Made by a program: the position numbers and the translations under genes. Below, in pieces: positions 7,822 through 14,939 of a stretch of DNA of 24,255 nucleotides (positions are counted from its first letter, which is position 1; every line of letters starts with the position of its first letter). The stretch lies in UHGV virus genome UHGV-0262927; one strand, given 5' to 3'. The notes below the pieces were generated by a model. It was not told the DNA's origin. It searched no databases and saw nothing but the letters and a program-made list of their open reading frames with translations. The DNA comes from a virus.

Positions 7822-7974
7822 ATGACATGCAAATATACTATTTTATGTGATGGCAAAATATATGATGCCTTACAATTAGCAAGAGAATGCATTCAACTTT
7901 GGGACTCTTATATTCCAGAGCTTGATGCTTTGAAAGCAACAGTGGTTGATAATGACCCGACGAAAACTATATAA
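7822..7974 (+). CDS. small hypothetical ORF (50 aa), begins 5 nt after the previous stop
   Basis: ATG 7822, TAA 7972-7974; below the track length threshold; weak support. Confidence 0.2.
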   Translation: MTCKYTILCDGKIYDALQLARECIQLWDSYIPELDALKATVVDNDPTKTI

Positions 7975-7979
7975 GAACA

Positions 7980-8387
7980 TTATTTTAGTTTTGAAATTAA
8001 CTTTTCCCATAAAGATTGTTTTTTACCAACTGGTGATGAATTCGCCCATGAAGGATTCATCAGGTCACTTGGTAGCGAATATTTATGATCATCCTCATCA
8101 ACGACTACAGCATGTAGCTTCTCAGCTATCTGCAACATTTTACAGTAAAGGGTTTCGTCAGGATGCTTTGTTGAAATCCTTCCATCACTCCAGTCAAGCC
8201 AAGGTTCATCGAGTTCACTTTGACCACTCCATAGAGCAAAAAAATCACCATTCTTGTTATCTATGGAGAGTTCTTTATCATCATTAACAAGCTGGAGCCA
8301 TTCTTCACTACTGATTGGAACACTTGCGCTATCGAACCAATGTTCCGTTCTTACTATGTGAAGCTCCCAGCCCATAACCACCTCCAT
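7980..8387 (-). CDS. hypothetical protein (135 aa), acidic and Trp-rich
   Basis: ORF in track; overlapping plus ORF 7946-8287 judged the artefact because this one sits in the minus-strand gene run downstream of alpA. Confidence 0.45.
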   Translation of the reverse strand: MEVVMGWELHIVRTEHWFDSASVPISSEEWLQLVNDDKELSIDNKNGDFFALWSGQSELDEPWLDWSDGRISTKHPDETLYCKMLQIAEKLHAVVVDEDDHKYSLPSDLMNPSWANSSPVGKKQSLWEKLISKLK

Positions 8388-8424
8388 GTTTTTGATATAG
8401 ATACGTTATTATACAGAACACTTA

Positions 8425-8667
8425 TCAGTCAATGAGATCTTCTGGCGAAACCCGGTCACATGCCATTTTCTCAAGTAATCTTTGTAATCTTTTCATTTTC
8501 AACTTATGTGCTTTTTTCTCACCAATCTCCTGATAGTATTCTTCACGACGTTCGTTGACCACGCTCCTGAACTTTTTCAAAAGCTGTTCAAGTGTTTTGA
8601 TGTCAGTAGTTGCGGCTTCCGCTTGGATTTTTTTATACATATACATCACATGAAATTCATCAATCAT
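8425..8667 (-). CDS. hypothetical protein (80 aa)
   Basis: ORF in track; part of the co-directional small-gene run downstream of alpA. Confidence 0.4.
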   Translation of the reverse strand: MIDEFHVMYMYKKIQAEAATTDIKTLEQLLKKFRSVVNERREEYYQEIGEKKAHKLKMKRLQRLLEKMACDRVSPEDLID

Positions 8668-8740
8668 TTTTTTGCTCCTTGGACAGACAAATAAGATTTG
8701 TTATCAGCCCCAAGAAGGGGCCGATAGACATCAGAATATA

Positions 8741-9037
8741 TCAGCATATTGATTCCGCCAGAACAGTGTAGTGCATTTTGGCTAATGCCTGCCTAACCTC
8801 TTTAAAATCCACCTCAGATAGTTTTTCAGCCGCGTTCTTTTTCCATGCTTTTTTCAGAAGATGCTTCTCAGCATTTCTCATCGCCAAATCGATTAGCTTA
8901 CAAACAAACTCATGATCCATTACATGCGTTATAATCATATTGCTGGTCGTTTTATCCTTTGAGTTAAAAATCTCAGCGTAGACATGCAAGGACACAACAT
9001 AAAAGATTTCAGTATTTTTATTTTTAAATGTATTCAT
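8741..9037 (-). CDS. hypothetical protein (98 aa)
   Basis: ORF in track; same co-directional run. Confidence 0.4.
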   Translation of the reverse strand: MNTFKNKNTEIFYVVSLHVYAEIFNSKDKTTSNMIITHVMDHEFVCKLIDLAMRNAEKHLLKKAWKKNAAEKLSEVDFKEVRQALAKMHYTVLAESIC

Positions 9038-9089
9038 TTTTATTTCCTCTTTAGTTTAATATTGGAATAGCAAAATATTTGTATGAGCA

Positions 9090-9392
9090 TTAGCGGTATA
9101 CACACTTATAGACAATCCAAAGCTGACGAAGGTGTTGCTTTACCTTACAGTGGTTTACTTCTCCATAAATCCGATTCCTTTTGCCTTCTTCTGTGTCATC
9201 GTAAAAATGATATCGCGTTTTTTTAATGATACTTTCCATAATGTCATTCATATTGTATTTATTGTTGAGAAAATAATAAAAATCATCTGGTGCATTCCGC
9301 CGTAATCCGTCCATATAGTTCCTGAAATAACATTCGGCTTGTTCAATAAACTCTTTTATCGTAATAAGTTCTATCTTCATATTTTTCTCCAT
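9090..9392 (-). CDS. hypothetical protein (100 aa)
   Basis: ORF in track; immediately downstream of alpA on the same strand. Confidence 0.4.
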   Translation of the reverse strand: MEKNMKIELITIKEFIEQAECYFRNYMDGLRRNAPDDFYYFLNNKYNMNDIMESIIKKTRYHFYDDTEEGKRNRIYGEVNHCKVKQHLRQLWIVYKCVYR

Positions 9393-9461
9393 TATTGTTT
9401 AGGGTAATAAGATGCCCTGTGCGAACAGATATTTGTTCGACACGAGATCTTGTTTCTTTTT

Positions 9462-9680
9462 TTATGCAGCGTTCTGGCGTGAGTTTCGAATAGTCGTCTC
9501 AATCCATTCATCAATCTCACTTTCGACAAAGGCGACACATCTTGGCTCTATTTTTACTCTGTCTGGAAAGTTTCCTTCCTTAATACGTTCATATAAAGTC
9601 GTGCGACTAAATCCCACTCGATTTAAAACATCAGGAACGCGGATAAATCGTTTTACGCTGGTTTCACTATTTTCTTTCAT
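9462..9680 (-). CDS. alpA: AlpA-family phage/island transcriptional regulator (72 aa)
   Basis: Characteristic sequence ...IRVPDVLNRVGFSRTTLYERIKEGNFPDRVKIEPRCVAFVESEIDEWI... matching the AlpA pattern as I recall it. Confidence 0.8.
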   Translation of the reverse strand: MKENSETSVKRFIRVPDVLNRVGFSRTTLYERIKEGNFPDRVKIEPRCVAFVESEIDEWIETTIRNSRQNAA

Positions 9681-9857
9681 TGTCTGTCCTCTATTATTGT
9701 AAGTAATCTCTATGAGATTTCGTTTTCTCTATGTTGTTTCGACGTGAACAATGATAGCGATTTTGCTTATGGTAATTTAGGGACGTTCAAAGAAGTTTTT
9801 TTTGAAAAATTCGAAGGGGCACGGATGGAAAGATAACGGTTAACACTGGATGCGATC

Positions 9858-9888
9858 ACGTTCGCACGGAGCGAACGTAACCCTTTTT
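9858..9888 (+). terminator. Hairpin ACGTTCGC-acgga-GCGAACGT followed by T-run (plus-strand sense); terminator-like
   Basis: 8-bp perfect stem then AACCCTTTTTAC; sits between the 297-aa gene and alpA; no plus-strand gene upstream, so function is uncertain. Confidence 0.3.
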
Positions 9889-9895
9889 ACTTGGC

Positions 9896-10789
9896 TTATT
9901 TTTTCTTATTCCTGTCGTCTTCTACATGCTTTTCAACAGGGGAGTCTTTCAAGTGGTTGTTTTCCATCATGTAATCTTCAAGCGACTTCAGATAGCTCGC
10001 ATCCGTCAGAAAAGCCATTGCTAACGGGTAATCTGTAGCCTTGAGCATTCCTTCATCACGATCGTTGTCGCTGTCCTCGTGAAGCAGCGAGGAAATCAGT
10101 GAAAGCGGGATTTTAATGCCGTTATCTTCTCCCCAGAAGATCAGGTCCATCATCGGGATAAGATGATATTCAATAATTTTTCTGAACGTGCTTTTGCCGA
10201 AACGATACTCTCTTGGAGCTGGAGACGTCATCTTAAGCTGCCTCTTCCATTGAGGGATCAGCACTTTCAGATGTTCAATGATCTCTTCGGTTGATGCTTC
10301 TTCCAGATGAATATCGACAGTAATACGTGAAAGATTATTAAGGGATGTCTCTTTTAGATACTCGGACAGAAATTCGGATTCACTTAACGCGGAAAGCTCA
10401 GGCGTGGCTTCGGTTAATGCCAGCGTTTTCGCATAAAATTGCGCGTGGCGTCGTGTCGTAGGATTTACCGCGTAGGTTCTGGCAAGCTCATGTCCAAGGG
10501 TAGCGGTATCACCACTGAAAAAGATTTCACCGCTGAGGATCTTGTTGCGGTAATCATCCAGCATTAATCGGTTAAAGGTAGGTATGGTGTTCCGGCTCAA
10601 CAACATTCTGTAAGCCAAGATGCGCCGCTCAACCTCAACATAAAACTGCTGTAAGGAGAGTTTCTCTATCGCCTCATAGCGTTCAACATTAAACCATGCT
10701 TCCAGTGCTTTCCTGATTTCACTTCTTTTCATCCATCCTCCAACAACCCATTTCCTTTGATATATCTTCACAGGATCCGTTTGGAACAA
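9896..10789 (-). CDS. hypothetical protein (297 aa), upstream of alpA
   Basis: ORF in track with moderate GC; not integrase-like by eye. Confidence 0.5.
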   Translation of the reverse strand: MFQTDPVKIYQRKWVVGGWMKRSEIRKALEAWFNVERYEAIEKLSLQQFYVEVERRILAYRMLLSRNTIPTFNRLMLDDYRNKILSGEIFFSGDTATLGHELARTYAVNPTTRRHAQFYAKTLALTEATPELSALSESEFLSEYLKETSLNNLSRITVDIHLEEASTEEIIEHLKVLIPQWKRQLKMTSPAPREYRFGKSTFRKIIEYHLIPMMDLIFWGEDNGIKIPLSLISSLLHEDSDNDRDEGMLKATDYPLAMAFLTDASYLKSLEDYMMENNHLKDSPVEKHVEDDRNKKK

Positions 10790-11010
10790 TTGAAGTTCAA
10801 CTGTTTTGTCATCAGAGACGAAGGAATGGCTAAGTTGTTGTTAAGAGTGTGAACTCGAGAGCATAAAAGTGGATGCCCAACGCGCAGCAAAATGGTAAAA
10901 AACAGCATCAGTAGTAAGAAAAATTGAACGAGAGAAAGGAATTTTAATGCAGGGATTTATGCATGACAAAATCAAAAATGCTTTGTAAGTGATTGATTTT
11001 GTTGAATGAT

Positions 11011-11072
11011 TGGCGGAGAGAGGGGGATTTGAACCCCCGGTGGAGTTGCCCCCACTCCGGTTTTCGAGACCG
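11011..11072 (-). tRNA. Truncated tRNA-Ser(CGA) 3' segment (anticodon stem to CCA, ~62 nt); att-site direct repeat, not a functional gene
   Basis: Minus-strand reading GGTCTCGAAAACCGGAGTGGGGGCAACTCCACCGGGGGTTCAAATCCCCCTCTCTCCGCCA shows anticodon loop CUCGAAA, long variable arm, T-arm GGGGG-TTCAAAT-CCCCC and acceptor 3' strand with CCA; no D-arm or 5' acceptor strand upstream. Confidence 0.8.
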
Positions 11073-11563
11073 ATGATACAGAGTCGAAAAATCAAAGAGT
11101 TAAAAATTTTTCTTGGAATAAATGTCTTAAAATCGTACACGAAAAATCAATAAATTACATAACATTAAAGAAGAATATTCCAAGCCTTCTTGAGGCCACC
11201 ACCTGTTTTCAGGTGTCATTCAGATGTGATTTACCCCAGATTGGGAAAGCACGCTTTTTTTTTCTCAGCTTATTCCGTTTTGCCTGTGTGTTGAATAATT
11301 CCACTGCAGTTATATAAAATCGGTAACGGCTGGAAATCATTCAATACTCGCACTATCGAAAGTTCACCAGCCAACCGCAGCACGTCCTGCATACGTCGTG
11401 TCTGCGGTTTTTCTTTTTCGCTTACATTGTGTCTGGTTCTTCCAGCCACTCAATATCAGGTGCAGTTGATGTATCAACACGGTTCAGCAACACCCGATAC
11501 TTTTTCCAGGCTTCCAGCAACGGGGTTTCTTCCTCCGCCGTTGCATATACAGCTCACCTTTTT

Positions 11564-11857
11564 TCACCCACGATTAACCAACAGCCAGACCAGCAGACAC
11601 GCCACCACCGGCACAGCAAAATCCATCAGGCTTGCCACATCCCACGCGCGCGGATCAAAACCGCCCCACCACGGCATATTCATACGCTTGCCATGCACGA
11701 ACATTTCAATCCAGCGATATTCTGCCTGGGTGTGTTCACGCGCAATGAAGAACGTACAACCGGCTATCGCCCCGTAAGCCCAGTTTCCGGTAAAAAGACC
11801 AGCCAGTACCTGCACCGCTACGGCACAAAGCGCATGAAGTATCGACGTGATATCCAT
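11564..11857 (-). CDS. small membrane protein (97 aa, two predicted hydrophobic helices); prophage terminal cargo
   Basis: Hydrophobic stretches ILHALCAVAVQVLAGLF and FAVPVVACLLVWLLV; the overlapping 352-aa plus ORF is judged an artefact. Confidence 0.45.
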   Translation of the reverse strand: MDITSILHALCAVAVQVLAGLFTGNWAYGAIAGCTFFIAREHTQAEYRWIEMFVHGKRMNMPWWGGFDPRAWDVASLMDFAVPVVACLLVWLLVNRG

Positions 11858-11866
11858 CTGCTATCC

Positions 11867-12145
11867 TTAAAACCACTCCCTGAGCGGGCGCTCTGGTGTA
11901 ACCACCCACTCACGGAACACGGAATCATCAAATCCATCGTCAAGAAGACGGATATTAACAAAGTACCCTTCGTCTCGCGTGTATTCTGGTTCTCCGTCAT
12001 CAGGAACATCTGTCTCCCTGAACGTAAAACCAATCTCATCAACCAGAACGGCATTCTGCAGCTCTTCGTCCTCTTCCCAGTTAAGTTTCCTGAGAAATGC
12101 CCTGAAATCTGCTTTATCACTGAAACGCAACGTGAAATCTCTCAC
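11867..12145 (-). CDS. small highly acidic protein (92 aa); prophage terminal cargo
   Basis: About 25 of 92 residues are Asp/Glu by count of the translation; directly downstream of the tail-fibre gene. Confidence 0.5.
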   Translation of the reverse strand: MRDFTLRFSDKADFRAFLRKLNWEEDEELQNAVLVDEIGFTFRETDVPDDGEPEYTRDEGYFVNIRLLDDGFDDSVFREWVVTPERPLREWF

Positions 12146-14214
12146 TCCACAACCTCCCCAAGCTGCGCATCTGTTAGCTCTTTATGCCAGAGACGAAAAT
12201 TCCTCACATGCCCAAATAAATGGCGTAATCCTGCTGTAGTTTGTCCACCAATGCGAATGGTTGCTGTACTCCGGATATATTCCCATTTGGTTTTAGTTTC
12301 GCTGCTTAACTTACCGTTACTGACTACACATGTGGACCGTTCGGACTTTACCCGCATACCAATAAGCATTTTTTCCAGCCCGGCATTTTCATTTATTCGT
12401 CGGTTTGAACCACCTATATCACAATACGGAAAACCGTCGTACCCACCTGATGAACCAAACCCCATTACGATCCCCGCATCTGCCTGATGCCGGTATGTGT
12501 CAAAAACACGCGGTGCTGCATTTGGCGTTTTATACCAGTTCTTATGTACCTCACAAAGAACCGTAAAAGGAAGATTATAAAGATTATTCTTAATCGGAAC
12601 TGTAACCATATCGCTTGCCCGCGTTACCGGTGCCGTCCCCGTAACAATAAAAGATGATGCGCCTGTACCAGCCTCAATCTGTGGAGTGGTTACATCGAGA
12701 TAATCCCCTGATGCAACCATCTGCCCTGTATCCGGAGAATACTGGACAAAACCACCAACCGTATTTTCTGTTGTATCTGCTTTTAATGTAGCCTCAAAAA
12801 ATATCCAGCCAGTTGCATCATCCTTAACAGACCTTGCTGTAACACGGCTTGTCTGACCTGTCTTGCTAATTATGCGGGTGGTAAGGTTCAGGTTTGCTGC
12901 TCCTATTGATGTCCTTACCTCCCCATCATAATGTTCAAATAAAATACGAACGGCGATATTATCAACTTCACTTTTTACCCGACAGGATATAGTTACATGC
13001 TTTTCGTCCCCTGAAGTATCAACCCCTCCGGTACTCGAATACAGTCCGATAATGGTATGCGCTTTACTTGTACCAACAATCGAATCCTGTACGACAAACC
13101 GGCCATAATTAAACCCGAAACTATCTGTGCCTGTTTCTGTAACGTCCAGTGAAGTTGACTTATTCCACTTCGAAGGGTCTGTACTGTTCTGGAAGAAGTT
13201 CGTTCTTTGTCCCTCAATAAGCAGGCCATCACACTCAAATCGCGGCTCATTAATTTCCGCCGTTTTCAGTTCGCCAGATTTGTTGATATATGTTGCCGTT
13301 GATGCGCGACTGAAATTAACCTGTTTATCACTGGCAACCTGAACCACATTATCGCCAATCTTCACTTTTTTATAACCCGGAGAATAGCCCGTAATCATAT
13401 CCAGCGAATCATTAAAGGGTATCCACACATCCGGCAGCGGCTGTAAAACATATCTGTACGGCTCTGCTGTCTGGTTTGCGTATTCTCTGGCAGCATCTTC
13501 ACTTGCTTTTGCTGCCGTCTGGCTTGCTGCCGATGCTTTCGCCGAGTTCGCCGCCGCTGTTTCGCTCACCTTTGCGTTGGCTTCACTGTCTTTGGCATTC
13601 GTCTCACTGGTTTTCGCTGCCGTCTGGCTGGATTTTGCGTTTTTTTCGCTGGCCTTTGTGGCTGTCTCGCTATTTTTCGCGTTGGTTTCTGATTTTTTGG
13701 CTGCTGTCGCGGAGTTTGCCGATGCAGTCTGCGAGGCCGCTGCCGCCTGTGCGCTGTTAGCTGCATTCGTTTCTGAGGTTTTCGCCGCATTCTTCGATGA
13801 GGCTGCTGCCGTTTCGGATTTCTTTGCCGCCGCTGCACTCTGTGATGACGCTCCGGCATGACGTGCCACTTCATTCACCATCAGCTCAAAACGGCGCAGT
13901 GCCTCCGGACGGGCATCATCCTCCGTCATGGCACCGAGAAAATCATTCAGCGTACCTGGTCTGGAACCTTCATAGACGGTAATGGTCCCGGCATGTGAAG
14001 GTGGAAAACCTTCAACCAGCAGGGTGACGCTGTACTGGCCATACTCAACATCCATGCTGTAACGCCCGGCTTCATCCGGATTTTCAGAGGCCACCGTGTT
14101 CACCAGTACCGTGGTGCTGTTACGCTTTGCCTTCAGTTGAATAGTGCAGTTCTGTATTGGTTTTCCCGCACCATCTTTCAGCACACCTGAGATTTTTACT
14201 GCTGCCATATCCAC
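12142..14214 (-). CDS. stf: Side tail fibre protein, lambda Stf-like N-terminus (690 aa)
   Basis: N-terminus MAAVKISGVLKDGAGKPIQNCTIQLKA resembles lambda-family tail-fibre N-termini as I recall them; long Ala/Ser/Thr/Lys-rich repeat tract (KxSETNA-like units). Confidence 0.8.
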   Translation of the reverse strand: MDMAAVKISGVLKDGAGKPIQNCTIQLKAKRNSTTVLVNTVASENPDEAGRYSMDVEYGQYSVTLLVEGFPPSHAGTITVYEGSRPGTLNDFLGAMTEDDARPEALRRFELMVNEVARHAGASSQSAAAAKKSETAAASSKNAAKTSETNAANSAQAAAASQTASANSATAAKKSETNAKNSETATKASEKNAKSSQTAAKTSETNAKDSEANAKVSETAAANSAKASAASQTAAKASEDAAREYANQTAEPYRYVLQPLPDVWIPFNDSLDMITGYSPGYKKVKIGDNVVQVASDKQVNFSRASTATYINKSGELKTAEINEPRFECDGLLIEGQRTNFFQNSTDPSKWNKSTSLDVTETGTDSFGFNYGRFVVQDSIVGTSKAHTIIGLYSSTGGVDTSGDEKHVTISCRVKSEVDNIAVRILFEHYDGEVRTSIGAANLNLTTRIISKTGQTSRVTARSVKDDATGWIFFEATLKADTTENTVGGFVQYSPDTGQMVASGDYLDVTTPQIEAGTGASSFIVTGTAPVTRASDMVTVPIKNNLYNLPFTVLCEVHKNWYKTPNAAPRVFDTYRHQADAGIVMGFGSSGGYDGFPYCDIGGSNRRINENAGLEKMLIGMRVKSERSTCVVSNGKLSSETKTKWEYIRSTATIRIGGQTTAGLRHLFGHVRNFRLWHKELTDAQLGEVVE
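13480..13860. repeat. In-gene imperfect tandem repeats encoding the low-complexity tract of the tail fibre
   Basis: Periodic DNA pattern generating overlapping artefactual ORFs on both strands (13476-13760, 13577-13861, 13566-13874). Confidence 0.5.
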
Positions 14215-14220
14215 TCCACA

Positions 14221-14245
14221 AAAAAGCCCGCCTGAACCGGCGGGC
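14221..14245 (-). terminator. Rho-independent terminator downstream of lom
   Basis: Minus strand: GCCCGCC-ggttca-GGCGGGC followed by TTTTT. Confidence 0.6.
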
Positions 14246-14272
14246 TGTCATAACACTGTGTTACCTGGCTAA

Positions 14273-14872
14273 TCAGAACTTATAACCGACACCCACGATG
14301 AAACCGTCAGTGCGCCAGTCGCCACTGCCGGAGCCTTCATAAGCAATATCAATGGCCACGGATTCGGTCGGGTTAAACTGCACGCCAGCTCCCCACGCCA
14401 GAGACGTGTTGCTGTGGCGACCGTCATCACTTCCGGTCAGCACATCGTGCGTTTTCCCCTTGTTGTCAGTTACGCGGAGATAATCCCCGGAGAACGTCGA
14501 CACACGGCTGTAAGCCACACCTGCCATCGCATAAGCACTGAACCATTCATTCACGCGTACAGATGGCCCCGCCATCACGCTGAACCAGCGGTTACGCACG
14601 GAATCTTCATGCCAGCGGGTATCGCTGTAGTGCGTTTTTTGCTCATCCTCAGCATTGGCATAACTGAAGGACGTAATCAGCCCCAGCGCGTCCGTAAACT
14701 CATAACGGTATTTCACGTTAATCCCGTTCAGATTATCGCTGCCGGGAGCGTTCGTACGGGCATGAAGATACCCCGCGCTCAGTGTGGACTGATGTTCAGA
14801 CGCCCATGCAGGCGCACCGGATACGGACAGACAGATGGCTGCGGACAAAATGGCTGCACATAATTTACGCAT
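14273..14872 (-). CDS. lom: Outer-membrane protein Lom (Ail/Lom family, 199 aa)
   Basis: Signal-peptide-like N-terminus MRKLCAAILSAAICLSVSGAPAWA, beta-barrel-like alternating pattern, C-terminal ...GVGYKF; position between J and stf as in lambda. Confidence 0.85.
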   Translation of the reverse strand: MRKLCAAILSAAICLSVSGAPAWASEHQSTLSAGYLHARTNAPGSDNLNGINVKYRYEFTDALGLITSFSYANAEDEQKTHYSDTRWHEDSVRNRWFSVMAGPSVRVNEWFSAYAMAGVAYSRVSTFSGDYLRVTDNKGKTHDVLTGSDDGRHSNTSLAWGAGVQFNPTESVAIDIAYEGSGSGDWRTDGFIVGVGYKF

Positions 14873-14895
14873 AATTACCTCTCGCTTTTCTGCAA

Positions 14896-14920
14896 TAAAA
14901 AAGGCGCCATTTCTGGCGCC
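14896..14920 (-). terminator. Rho-independent terminator downstream of J and upstream of lom
   Basis: Minus strand: GGCGCC-agaaat-GGCGCC followed by TTTTTTAT. Confidence 0.6.
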
Positions 14921-14939
14921 CGTATTGGGGTTATAAAAT

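Larger units (their letters stand above)
1..11010. mobile_element. AT-rich accessory island segment (defence cargo, rep-like module, AlpA regulator); left boundary outside window
   Basis: By eye far more AT-rich than the prophage half; Lys/Asn/Ile-rich ORFs; defence operon; AlpA gene; ends at the partial tRNA-Ser copy. No integrase seen in the window. Confidence 0.45.

Noticed and set aside
7946-8287. 113-aa plus-strand ORF
   Set aside because: Overlaps the 135-aa minus-strand ORF, which belongs to the co-directional gene run; His-rich artefactual translation.
8506-8694. 62-aa plus-strand ORF
   Set aside because: Antisense to the 80-aa minus-strand ORF 8425-8667, which belongs to the co-directional run downstream of alpA; Phe-rich AT-rich-antisense composition.
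9412-9702. 96-aa plus-strand ORF
   Set aside because: Antisense to alpA, whose product has a recognisable AlpA sequence pattern.
9850-10038. 62-aa plus-strand ORF
   Set aside because: Begins inside the hairpin after the 297-aa gene and runs antisense into it.
9896-11010. Integrase expected next to the tRNA-derived att repeat
   Set aside because: The 297-aa protein next to the repeat shows no tyrosine-recombinase features by eye; no integrase is called anywhere in the window.
10841-11140. 99-aa minus-strand ORF covering the partial tRNA-Ser copy
   Set aside because: It reads straight through the tRNA-derived segment; the nucleotide-level tRNA match is the better explanation.
11429-12487. 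352-aa plus-strand ORF spanning the prophage terminus
   Set aside because: Antisense to the tail-fibre C-terminus and the two small cargo genes; translation is a His/Arg/Ser/Pro-rich low-complexity string typical of antisense frames in GC-rich DNA.
13476-13874. Overlapping ORFs on both strands within the tail-fibre repeat tract (also 12993-13250, 13127-13342, 13797-13982)
   Set aside because: Produced by the periodic low-complexity DNA repeats; the tail-fibre frame is the one continuous with conserved N- and C-terminal domains.
14414-14863. 149-aa plus-strand ORF opposite lom
   Set aside because: Antisense to lom, which has a clear signal peptide and outer-membrane beta-barrel signature.
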